Of a stretch of 64,000 bases of DNA, positions 48,629 through 57,122 are shown in pieces (positions within the stretch are counted from its first letter, which is position 1; each line of letters begins with the position of its first letter). Where the stretch lies: positions 64,001 to 128,000 of the IMG/VR virus record IMGVR_UViG_3300033066_000693; one strand, given 5' to 3'. The notes below the pieces were generated by a model that was given only the letters and a program-made list of their open reading frames with translations, was not told the origin of the DNA and ran no database searches. Source of the stretch: a virus. The position numbers were made by a program, and so were the translations under genes.

Positions 48629-49584
48629 TCTACTCTACGAACTTCTGTTGTTAGAGATTCCCGTACCGCAATAGTCTCATTGCAGTTAGGACACTTGGTA
48701 TTTTGCAGACCGTCTTGACTATACACGCTTTGTTGATAAACGTGCTTTGACTTAGACGAATACAGCTTGGCTATCTTCTGAAGCAATCCGTCAGAAGTCA
48801 CCTGACACAGTACGTCTTTATAGGCAGGATAGATCTTGAGAAGGTGAAGCGGAACAAGCGGGGTCTTGCTCATAAACTCGGCAAAAGCCAAATGCTCTCC
48901 CACAGTTGCGTCATGATATACAGGAATGCTTATTTCAACATGCAATCTGGAAACGGCATAATCTATGCAGTCAAGTACGGTTTTTTCAAATGCCCTAGCC
49001 ACAGACTGATATCTCTGTTCATTGCCCTTCCAGTCTATGTTCATGGCAGACGCCACCTCGCATAGCTTAGCCCATATAGGAAGCTCGGCAAACGCATTGG
49101 TTTTCAGAATCAGTTCTATCCCTTTGCTTTTGCAAGCAAGTCCAAGATCTAAAATGTACTCAAAGTAAACAATAGGCTCGTTGTATGTGAAACAAACAGC
49201 TAAACAGTTCTTGGCAACCGCCAAATCAACTACTTGTTGCGGAGATAAAGATGCGGCTGGCTGCTCGTCGTCTTTTTGACTGACCATCCAGTTTTGACAA
49301 AAAGAACAAGCCATCGAACAACCATAACCTCCAATAGACAAGGTTCTAAGGTTTGGCTTGTAATGATAGATTGGCTTCTTTTCTATTGGCTCAACCGCAG
49401 CATGAGATATCTTCCCATAAGCACGCAGATTGATGCCGTCTCCTGCTTGACGAACCTGACAAACACCTGTTTGTCCCGTGCGAAGCTTGCATTTATGAGG
49501 ACAGACTAAACATTCAAAGCGACCGTCGCCAGTCGCTTGATATGTTATCGCTTGAGCATTTTGGACGGCTTCAGCATGAGCCAT
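48598..49584 (-). CDS. radical SAM enzyme, PflA-like/AmmeMemoRadiSam-type
   Basis: CSMACSFCQNW is a Cx3Cx2C cluster. It is preceded by N-terminal CLVCPHKCKL...GVCQVR and EPIEKKPIYHYKPNLRTLSIGGYGC, which closely follows the AmmeMemoRadiSam radical SAM signature. Confidence 0.6.
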   Translation of the reverse strand: MAHAEAVQNAQAITYQATGDGRFECLVCPHKCKLRTGQTGVCQVRQAGDGINLRAYGKISHAAVEPIEKKPIYHYKPNLRTLSIGGYGCSMACSFCQNWMVSQKDDEQPAASLSPQQVVDLAVAKNCLAVCFTYNEPIVYFEYILDLGLACKSKGIELILKTNAFAELPIWAKLCEVASAMNIDWKGNEQRYQSVARAFEKTVLDCIDYAVSRLHVEISIPVYHDATVGEHLAFAEFMSKTPLVPLHLLKIYPAYKDVLCQVTSDGLLQKIAKLYSSKSKHVYQQSVYSQDGLQNTKCPNCNETIAVRESLTTEVRRVDCCNCPIIVA

Positions 49585-49868
49585 ACTTCGTCCGTATTCT
49601 TAAGGTCTGAGTTAAGTTGAGGAGGGTTCTTGATGATAGAGTAAAAAAGGTTCTCAGCGCATAGACCCTGACAAAGAGGAAGGCTATCTTTGTGGATATT
49701 GACATACATTGCTTTGGATACATTGTCGTCAAACCAAAAACGAAGAGACTCTCTAATAGACTGGACAACGCAAGCGGCGTCATAGCCTTGACGAAAAGCT
49801 GCGTCATACTGATCTAAGTATATAAGTTTGATCTCTTTGATCATGAGGCTCCTCCCTGATTGTTTCAA
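49545..49868 (-). CDS. hypothetical protein, 107 aa
   Basis: Tiling ORF. Confidence 0.3.
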   Translation of the reverse strand: MKQSGRSLMIKEIKLIYLDQYDAAFRQGYDAACVVQSIRESLRFWFDDNVSKAMYVNIHKDSLPLCQGLCAENLFYSIIKNPPQLNSDLKNTDEVWLMLKPSKMLKR

Positions 49869-49891
49869 GGAAGAGTGCCTCAGACCCTTTA

Positions 49892-50311
49892 TTATGCATG
49901 CACTCGGAGCTTAATAGTTGTGACTCCGCTGTTGTCAGTATTTTGAGAGTCCCACTGATAAGGTCCGTTTTGCACCATCTTCATTACAACATCTTGTGCA
50001 TAATGCATCACAAGTTTTGGGAAATTCTGATCCCAATGGTACTTATCGTTTCCCGCCACATGAATATTGTAGGTTCCGTCTTCCTCGCGAGAAAGACCAA
50101 TCTCGCTATTGACCTTCATTGTCATATTTCTTTGGATGACAATGTTGGCCTTGGCTTCTCTACGTTCTGCGCCATTCAGCCCCACAGCCTCGTTGTGAAG
50201 GCTGTACTTATACCCAACCTTCTCCAGCGCCGTAAGAACAGACACCTCATGCTGAACCTTCAATTGACATGCTACAGTATGAAAAACGCTCATATTTACT
50301 CCATTACCCAA
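49892..50311 (-). CDS. hypothetical protein, 139 aa
   Basis: Tiling ORF. Confidence 0.3.
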   Translation of the reverse strand: MGNGVNMSVFHTVACQLKVQHEVSVLTALEKVGYKYSLHNEAVGLNGAERREAKANIVIQRNMTMKVNSEIGLSREEDGTYNIHVAGNDKYHWDQNFPKLVMHYAQDVVMKMVQNGPYQWDSQNTDNSGVTTIKLRVHA

Positions 50312-50787
50312 GTTAGCTTGCGAAGTCTATAGAAGTATCGAATAATTTCGTATACAGCCCCATCTCCTGCCCTTGCATGAGCGCCGTACATGGCATGCTC
50401 ATAAACCTCAGGGATAGCATTCGATGGACAACCAGAAAACGCCGCTTCGCAAATACACTTGTAATCGTTCTCGGCGTCACCAATATAGGCAACATTATCC
50501 CAAGTTAACTCATTCTCCAATAGATGTTTGCTCAAATCAGCAAACTTATCCTTTGAACCGGAGATAATAGTATGTCCCCATTTACCCATTTTAGCATGGA
50601 TTACCCTATCTGTAGAACCAGTTATAATGACGATCTTGAAACCGTCCTTAGCAGCCCTATAGATGCCATGCATGTCTCTTGTATTGAAGTTCTTAGACAA
50701 ACCGCCGTTCTCTGCAACCAAGTAGTTGCCGTCCGTAATGGTTCCGTCCACATCAATAGCGATAAGTTTAACTGCGTCGATACTCAT
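50296..50787 (-). CDS. KdsC-family HAD phosphatase (KDO-8-P/KDN-9-P phosphatase type)
   Basis: KLIAIDVDGTITDG (DxDGT). The ~163-aa size, later GSTDRV and GDAENDYK motifs match the KdsC subfamily. Confidence 0.65.
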   Translation of the reverse strand: MSIDAVKLIAIDVDGTITDGNYLVAENGGLSKNFNTRDMHGIYRAAKDGFKIVIITGSTDRVIHAKMGKWGHTIISGSKDKFADLSKHLLENELTWDNVAYIGDAENDYKCICEAAFSGCPSNAIPEVYEHAMYGAHARAGDGAVYEIIRYFYRLRKLTWVME

Positions 50788-50795
50788 TGAGTGCC

Positions 50796-51665
50796 TTAGA
50801 TTGAAGAGTCTTTGTCAGAGCGAAGTTTCTTCCTCTGTTGTAGCTCTTCTTCGTCTGGCAGAGGGTCAGAGAACGTAAAACCACGTCGAACGTTCTTCAG
50901 ATCCCTGCACAGCCTTCGCAGCCCTTCAGGTTCAAGACTTGCGGCAGCGTCGGTATGCTTGAGCGTTCTGTCGTCTACAAAGTGTCTCTCAATAAACTCT
51001 GCGCCCAAGATCCAACCTGCTACGTCTGCCGCAATACCGTATCCATGATTGCTAAAGCCTATGCGGATTCCTAGCTCTCCATAGAACTCAACAAACTTTT
51101 TGATATCACAGAGATGTAGCTTTTCAAATGGACATGGATAAATGCTAGTGCAATGATATAGAACGAATCTCTTTGGGTCTTTTCTGGCAAACTCTGCCAT
51201 CTTATCAATCTCGGCATGAGACGACATTCCAGTAGAAATATGAATATCACCCTTGTACTCTGAGAAAAGATACTGAAGCATTTCCATGTCATTATTGCAT
51301 GGGCTTCCAACCTTAATAAACTCAGGATTGATAGAAACGATCTCTCTTGCAGAGGTCATATCCCAAACAGAACAAACATACTTGATGCCAATGAGCTTAC
51401 AATATTCAGCTATCTCTCTGTGCTGATCAACCGTAAGCTCTAAAGCCTTACGATGTTCCAAATACGTTTTGCCATAAGAGAATATCTGGTTTGGATGAGG
51501 CTGGTGCTTAAGGGACTCGGACACGCACTCGTCTGGATTCCGCTTCTGAAACTTTGCATAGTCTGCTCCGCAGATCTTGGCTAGATTTGCCAAGTTCTTT
51601 GCTCGCTCCATAGAGCCAAGATGTACGCATCCTATCTCCGCAATAACCTTGGCTTCATGAATCAT
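50796..51665 (-). CDS. NeuB-family nonulosonate (sialic/KDN-type) synthase, short form without C-terminal AFP/SAF domain
   Basis: VIAEIGCVHLGSMERAKNLANLAKICGADYAKFQKR matches the NeuB signature IAEIGxNHNG...GADAVKFQ. Length 289 aa. Confidence 0.6.
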   Translation of the reverse strand: MIHEAKVIAEIGCVHLGSMERAKNLANLAKICGADYAKFQKRNPDECVSESLKHQPHPNQIFSYGKTYLEHRKALELTVDQHREIAEYCKLIGIKYVCSVWDMTSAREIVSINPEFIKVGSPCNNDMEMLQYLFSEYKGDIHISTGMSSHAEIDKMAEFARKDPKRFVLYHCTSIYPCPFEKLHLCDIKKFVEFYGELGIRIGFSNHGYGIAADVAGWILGAEFIERHFVDDRTLKHTDAAASLEPEGLRRLCRDLKNVRRGFTFSDPLPDEEELQQRKKLRSDKDSSI

Positions 51666-52372
51666 AGAAATCCCCCGTAATGGTTAAACATCTTGGACAT
51701 TATTGCTAGATCGTCCATATTATCAATCTGCATGCTTTCAAACTGCGGCGTTTCATACAGATAAGTGTTTCCAGATACTCGTATCTTTGTCTTCAAAAAA
51801 CACTTGCATTTGGTTATGTAGATATTACCATTGTCATGAAAGTAATAATCGCTTTCTTTGAGTTCTTGCCTCATAGGGCGATTCTTTAGATCATAGGTGC
51901 AAAAAGGAACTTCTGAAACAGCATTTTTGCGCCAGAAAAACGGCGTCACCTTTTCTACTGTTATCAAGCTATCATAATCTTCTATTACTGCTTTCTCAAT
52001 ACACTTGCTAAGCAGATCAAACCTGCGAGCAGGAGAAGTTCCTTGCAGAATTACAAGATAGTCATAATCTGGATAGTGTTCCAGAAGATGCTCGATAGCT
52101 GCTTCCGTCTTAGACGTAGGAGTACACAACTCGTCTGGTCTTTGTAGAAACTCAAATCTTTCGTCTAGCGAAGAAAAAGCCTCTATCTTCTTACGAACAT
52201 CAGGATCGTTAGAAGAAGTTACGACCTTATCAATAGACAAGCAACGAGAAGCTGCCATGAGCGTCCACTGAAGTAGCGAATAATCTCCGATCTTCCTGAA
52301 CAGCTTGCCGGGAAGACCAACAGAGCCAGTTTTTCCCGGCACGAATGCGAGAACCTTTTTATCTCGAATCAT
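51662..52372 (-). CDS. CMP-nonulosonate (CMP-NeuAc/CMP-KDN/CMP-KDO-type) cytidylyltransferase
   Basis: KVLAFVPGKTGSVGLPGKLFRKIGDYSLLQW matches the acylneuraminate cytidylyltransferase N-terminal signature. Confidence 0.6.
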   Translation of the reverse strand: MIRDKKVLAFVPGKTGSVGLPGKLFRKIGDYSLLQWTLMAASRCLSIDKVVTSSNDPDVRKKIEAFSSLDERFEFLQRPDELCTPTSKTEAAIEHLLEHYPDYDYLVILQGTSPARRFDLLSKCIEKAVIEDYDSLITVEKVTPFFWRKNAVSEVPFCTYDLKNRPMRQELKESDYYFHDNGNIYITKCKCFLKTKIRVSGNTYLYETPQFESMQIDNMDDLAIMSKMFNHYGGFL

Positions 52373-52989
52373 TTAGCCTTCTTCTTTCTCTTATATGTTC
52401 TCTTAGGAGCAACTATTTCTATTACTGGAACCAAAGACAAGGCTTCTCTGCGAATCATTTCTTTTGTAGGGGCAGGAGCATAATATCGAAAATTGAACTT
52501 CAAATTAAGAACGTTCAACTTGTTTTGAAGCTGTTCAACAGCGATCCCAACCATAAACTTTTCTACAAAACCTACATCTGCCCCATTCATAGAATTCACA
52601 TGTCTAATGTATTCAACGCATGATAAAATATCCTCAAAAATCTGGATTTCACTAGAAAACAAACCTAGTTCATGAACATATCTCATAAACAAAGGATCTA
52701 TTCTAAATTCTCGCCTCTCTTTAGAAGAGGCTTGCTTATCTATATGCCGTAGAGTGTTTATCACACACGACATCCTATCTTCTCTATCCCTGCCTTTATG
52801 AATAAGACCGCTTGATAACTGCTTTGTTATTTCCTTATCAAGGAATCTTCTCTCTTTCGCAACTTGCTTGGCGCTCATCTTTGGAAGGCGCTTTGCGGGC
52901 GGCATCTTATCAAGAGTTTCTTTTGCAGCTTCCATTTGACGAGTCAAAGAGAACATATCTACAGGCACTACAAACTTTTCTTTGTTCAT
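52369..52989 (-). CDS. hypothetical protein, 207 aa
   Basis: Start taken at the internal ATG 52987-52989 (MNKEKF), which forms an ATGA overlap with the upstream gene's stop. The track ORF extends to 53154 and would overlap the upstream gene by 169 nt. Confidence 0.35.
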   Translation of the reverse strand: MNKEKFVVPVDMFSLTRQMEAAKETLDKMPPAKRLPKMSAKQVAKERRFLDKEITKQLSSGLIHKGRDREDRMSCVINTLRHIDKQASSKERREFRIDPLFMRYVHELGLFSSEIQIFEDILSCVEYIRHVNSMNGADVGFVEKFMVGIAVEQLQNKLNVLNLKFNFRYYAPAPTKEMIRREALSLVPVIEIVAPKRTYKRKKKAK

Positions 52990-53756
52990 GGGCTTCCTTT
53001 CTTTCTGCTTCCATATTGGTTCAGCACTTCTTCCATCGTCATCTTTGGAAAGACATCCAGAATCCCTATTGGGGATACGTAGATGATTCTTCCTTTGGTT
53101 GCCTCGGGATTGACCTCGGCAAAATGATTCCAGTACAGGTTCATCTGTACGCAATGAATATCCACTGGCTTGTCTTTGATTGTTCCCTGATTAGGCGTAG
53201 AGAAGATACGATTGTTATATTCAATGGCTCTCGTCTCTCCGGGGAACTGCCAAAAGTATCGGTTCTTGCCCTCATAGCAGCAATCGTGCCCGAGAAGAAC
53301 AATAGGGTCGCATCCCATGATCCAAGCAAAGTGCATGGCCGTCGCCTGAGAAGTCCTTGCTCCTATGATCGGAATCTCAGGATCGTCTGTCAACTTTAGA
53401 TTCTCTTTATGGAATAGTAACTGTCCGCCGGGCTGAGGAGTGGCCCATTGTCTGTGGTCAAAAAATACCACTTCCTCAGGACGAAAATGCCCAACATGGT
53501 TCTTGAGCTTTTCTTCATATAGAAGCTTTGTACACTTACTATCTCTAGCTGTGATTTGCCAGTAGTTCCATGTCTTTACGCCGTCGTCGTCGGTTACGAA
53601 ATAATCGCAGTCAGGGAACTTGAGGATTCCCGAGTTGGCGGTAAAGGTTACATAGTCCTTGGTTATAGATGGACTTATATGCCTAAGAGAAGGCCCTGCT
53701 CCTGCTACAAAAGCGAGCTTGCCTTTATGCTTGTCTTTGAGACTTGATAGAGTCAT
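52986..53756 (-). CDS. Cst-II/GT42-like sialyltransferase or DUF115 (Maf/MptE-like) nonulosonate transferase
   Basis: LAFVAGAGPSLRHI parallels Cst-II VIIAGNGPSLKEI. RTSQATAMHFAWIMGCDPIVLLGHDCCY parallels ITSGVYMCAVAIALGYKEIYLSGIDFY. Confidence 0.45.
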   Translation of the reverse strand: MTLSSLKDKHKGKLAFVAGAGPSLRHISPSITKDYVTFTANSGILKFPDCDYFVTDDDGVKTWNYWQITARDSKCTKLLYEEKLKNHVGHFRPEEVVFFDHRQWATPQPGGQLLFHKENLKLTDDPEIPIIGARTSQATAMHFAWIMGCDPIVLLGHDCCYEGKNRYFWQFPGETRAIEYNNRIFSTPNQGTIKDKPVDIHCVQMNLYWNHFAEVNPEATKGRIIYVSPIGILDVFPKMTMEEVLNQYGSRKKGSP

Positions 53757-54133
53757 GAGAGGTCCAATATGCTAAACTTGCTATCTTCTTCAGTAACTTC
53801 TTTCATTTCTTCATTGTGGAATGGCTGAACAATTATGCATTGATACTTGTTCTTCCTAGGGTTGTAAACGTAAGAGAAAAACATGGCGTCAAAGTTTCCA
53901 ACTCCTATGATAGAAATAACGCATGGAGCATTCAAGGTTTCTTTGTCATAGACGATGGCTCCTCGTCTCATTTCATTCTCTACAAACGCTCCTTGTAGGG
54001 CTGTATCTACATTTAGCTCATAAGTAATCACTCGTCGTTCAAAGTTGATATTGACAATGCTTAGCCCTCTGAATGGGAGGCGGGCGCTCTTATAGTGCAA
54101 GGAATCTTGTTGAGAAGCTATAGGGAGATTCAT
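53753..54133 (-). CDS. hypothetical protein, 126 aa
   Basis: Tiling ORF. Confidence 0.3.
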   Translation of the reverse strand: MNLPIASQQDSLHYKSARLPFRGLSIVNINFERRVITYELNVDTALQGAFVENEMRRGAIVYDKETLNAPCVISIIGVGNFDAMFFSYVYNPRKNKYQCIIVQPFHNEEMKEVTEEDSKFSILDLS

Positions 54134-55122
54134 GAGAGTATCGTGCCAAAACTACTCAACCGCTGCTCGGCTAGCTTGACGTATTCTTTTTTACCTTCAA
54201 TTCCAATGAAGTCTCTTTGATTCTGCATTGCCACTACACCTGTCGTCCCAGAACCGCAGAATGGATCTAAGATAACACACTGGTTTCTTTCTTCAGTCTT
54301 GCAAGAGCATGCCTTATCCCATCCTATAGTTCTTGTCTCCGTAAGATGTCTTCCTGAATCCCTATTGGCAAAGCCGGTATTGTCTATCTTGTTATTGAGG
54401 CCGGGCCTTGTAGCATACCGATGCTTCTCAATCCTACGAACATAGGAAGCTCCGCATTCCTTGCAGCATCCGTAATCGCTTGTTGACGCCAAGATACAAG
54501 GCTCTATAAGCTTAGGAGGGAATACGGCAAAATGAGCGCCCTTATATGAGGCAATAGGAACGTTCCAAACGTCTCTCTTGAGTCGTTTCTTGAATGTTCC
54601 GTCCTTATTCATTTCGGTAGCGTTTTCTTTAGTCGCCTCCGTATCGTAATAGTAGTCTTCTTTCTTCGAAAACAGGAAGAAGTATTCATGGGAACTAATG
54701 GGACGGTCGCTTACTCCGCCCGGCAGAGGATTAGGCTTAGCCCAAATGATATCGCTTCTCAAGTACCATCCGTCCGCTCGCATAGCGAAAGCAAACATCC
54801 AAGGAATGCCTATTAGGTCATTAGGTTTGATTAGATCATAAGGCTTAGACGCATAAGTATCTCCAAGGTTCACCCATAACGTGCCGTCGTCTCGAAGAGC
54901 TTTACGCATCAATGAAAAAACGCCCACGAGCTTTTGGATATACTCTTCGGGCGTCTTTTCTAAGCCTATCTGTTTCGAAAACCCGTAGTCCCTCATCTTG
55001 TAGTACGGCGGAGACGTTATGGAAGAATGTATAGTCTTTTCAGGAAGGCTAGATAGACCTTCTCTTACGTCGTCAAAGATTAGTTTGTAGCTCATTGATA
55101 CCTCTTTCAAGGTATCGACCAA
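54130..55122 (-). CDS. beta-class DNA methyltransferase (N4-cytosine or N6-adenine; the SPPY motif favours N4C)
   Basis: Motif IV TSPPY near the N-terminus and motif I DPFCGSGTTG near the C-terminus give the beta-class permutation. No adjacent restriction enzyme, so it is an orphan MTase. Confidence 0.7.
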   Translation of the reverse strand: MVDTLKEVSMSYKLIFDDVREGLSSLPEKTIHSSITSPPYYKMRDYGFSKQIGLEKTPEEYIQKLVGVFSLMRKALRDDGTLWVNLGDTYASKPYDLIKPNDLIGIPWMFAFAMRADGWYLRSDIIWAKPNPLPGGVSDRPISSHEYFFLFSKKEDYYYDTEATKENATEMNKDGTFKKRLKRDVWNVPIASYKGAHFAVFPPKLIEPCILASTSDYGCCKECGASYVRRIEKHRYATRPGLNNKIDNTGFANRDSGRHLTETRTIGWDKACSCKTEERNQCVILDPFCGSGTTGVVAMQNQRDFIGIEGKKEYVKLAEQRLSSFGTILS

Positions 55123-55142
55123 AGGCTACGCTAAACTTGCGC

Positions 55143-57122
55143 CTACAAACCTCTTGGACTGTCCCCTTTGATTACTCTTACCTTATTCATCAGGTCAGCT
55201 TCAGTAAGAAAACGGCTAGGGACTGTATTCTGGAAGCTAACATGACCATTCTTGTATCTCTGCATTCTTTGCGCGGGAAAAGAGATAATCAAGTTCTTCT
55301 CTGCTCTTGTCATGCCAACATAACAAAGCCTACGCTCTTCCTCTAGACCGTCCCGCTCTGCGACCGCTCGCTTATGCGGCATCATGCCCTCTTCCATACA
55401 AGGCATGAATACAACAGGGAACTCCAATCCCTTGCTCGCATGAATAGACATAAGGGATACAGAGTTTTCCTCAGCCTTCTTATCCGAAGAAGTTTGCAAA
55501 GCTATGTTATTCAGATAGGCTGCGATGTCTTGGCCTCTCTTTTCTCCATAGAGGGCGCAGGCGTTGATAAGCTCTTGAATGTTGTCCTTGCGGTCGTCAA
55601 GCTCTTTCTTCTCAAACTTGCTCTCCAAGAACTCTTTGTAGCGTAGCTTCTGCAAGAGCGCTCCCAGAGCCTCTCCAATCGTTAGCTTTGTATAGTCAAA
55701 GTTGAAAGCCTCTACGATTTCCTTGCAACCGCTAACAACTCTAACTCGATCAGCGCCGCTGGTAATGTACTCCTCAACCCTCTTCATTGCCTCAATGAGG
55801 TTTATCCCTTGGTCATTGGCGAAGTTCTCAATCTTGCCTAAGCTCGTCTCTCCAATGCGTCTAGACGGCTTGTTGATAAACCTAGACAGCGCCATTCCAT
55901 CGTTAGTATTGATGAGGAATCTAAGCATTGCCAAAGCGTCTCGAATCTCAGCCCTATCAAAGAAGCTGAATCCTCCAATAACTTGATAGCTCATGCCAGC
56001 ATTGAGCATTCCTTGCTCAATCGTTCGAGACATTGAGTTAAGGCGATATAAAACGGCAAACTCATGGGGCTTATAGCCCTCGTCTTCTACCATTTTACGG
56101 ATACGCTGGGCAATCCACAATCCCTCATGCTCCGGCGTTGGCAAGCAATAGCATTCAACAGGGCGACCGCTAGGGTTGTTAGTCCTAAACTCCATCTTCT
56201 GTTGACGATTCGGATTCTTCTGTATGAGGGTAGAGGCCACTTTCACAATCTCAGGAGTAGATCTATAGTTGTGAGGCAAGGAAACGACCTTGGCCTTGTT
56301 GATATTCACAAAGTCTTCAATGTTCTTGTAGCGAGCGCCACGCCATGAATAGATACCCTGATCCGGATCTCCAACGATTAGTACGTTGTTATGCGCTCCG
56401 ATAAGTTGAACAATCTTGAACTGCGCGTAGTTTGTATCTTGCGCTTCGTCTACCTGAATAAAGTCAAAACGGGACTGTAGCTTGCTCAATACTTCTGGGT
56501 CTTTCTCAAGCAAACGAACTGTCTCGGAGAGTAGACCGCTGAAATCAATCTGACTGTTCTTTCGCATACGAGCGATATACTCAAGAACGATGTTGGACTC
56601 AGCCTCGTCAGTGAAATAGCTTGCAAAATCGCACTCAGGAATTAGCTTCTCTCGCAGGTCGTTGGCTTTCCAGATCAAGCTCTTAATAAGGGGAGCGGGC
56701 ATTTCATGTCCTGCCTGCCGAGCGCATTGAGACATAAGGCCTTCTTGATCGTCGTCGTCCAAGATAGTCGTATTGGCCTTATATCCAATGTATGCGCCAA
56801 ACTTGCGGATTATGGTTGCGCAAAGAGCATGGAAGGTAGAAATGTAAATAGCGTCAGCCTCGCCGCCCATGCGCTTCGAGATACGCTCTTTCATCTCCGT
56901 AGCTGCTTTGTTTGTGAACGTAATACAAAGAATGGTTCTAGGATTATGTCCCTTCTGAACCAATCTGATTGTTCGCTCTACAATAACTCTGGTCTTACCT
57001 GAACCGGGACAGGCAAGAACAAAACAAGGGCCATGCAGATGGTCTGCGGCCTCTTCTTGTTCAGGATTTAGAACGATTTTTCCTGCCGCATTGGACGCAG
57101 CCTGACTTGGAATTGCTGTCAT
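55143..57122 (-). CDS. UvrD/Rep/PcrA-family SF1 DNA helicase
   Basis: LACPGSGKTRV (Walker A), TFTNKAA, VDEAQDT, YRS-type and VGMTRA motifs. Length 659 aa. Confidence 0.8.
   Translation of the reverse strand: MTAIPSQAASNAAGKIVLNPEQEEAADHLHGPCFVLACPGSGKTRVIVERTIRLVQKGHNPRTILCITFTNKAATEMKERISKRMGGEADAIYISTFHALCATIIRKFGAYIGYKANTTILDDDDQEGLMSQCARQAGHEMPAPLIKSLIWKANDLREKLIPECDFASYFTDEAESNIVLEYIARMRKNSQIDFSGLLSETVRLLEKDPEVLSKLQSRFDFIQVDEAQDTNYAQFKIVQLIGAHNNVLIVGDPDQGIYSWRGARYKNIEDFVNINKAKVVSLPHNYRSTPEIVKVASTLIQKNPNRQQKMEFRTNNPSGRPVECYCLPTPEHEGLWIAQRIRKMVEDEGYKPHEFAVLYRLNSMSRTIEQGMLNAGMSYQVIGGFSFFDRAEIRDALAMLRFLINTNDGMALSRFINKPSRRIGETSLGKIENFANDQGINLIEAMKRVEEYITSGADRVRVVSGCKEIVEAFNFDYTKLTIGEALGALLQKLRYKEFLESKFEKKELDDRKDNIQELINACALYGEKRGQDIAAYLNNIALQTSSDKKAEENSVSLMSIHASKGLEFPVVFMPCMEEGMMPHKRAVAERDGLEEERRLCYVGMTRAEKNLIISFPAQRMQRYKNGHVSFQNTVPSRFLTEADLMNKVRVIKGDSPRGL

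Noticed and set aside
52990-53154. Long N-terminal extension of ORF 52369-53154 overlapping the GT42-like gene by 169 nt
   Set aside because: The internal ATG at 52989 gives an ATGA stop-start overlap consistent with every other junction in the window. The extension is Arg/Ser-rich and atypical.
52812-53399. 195-aa plus-strand ORF
   Set aside because: It is antisense to the GT42-like gene and the 207-aa gene. Spurious.
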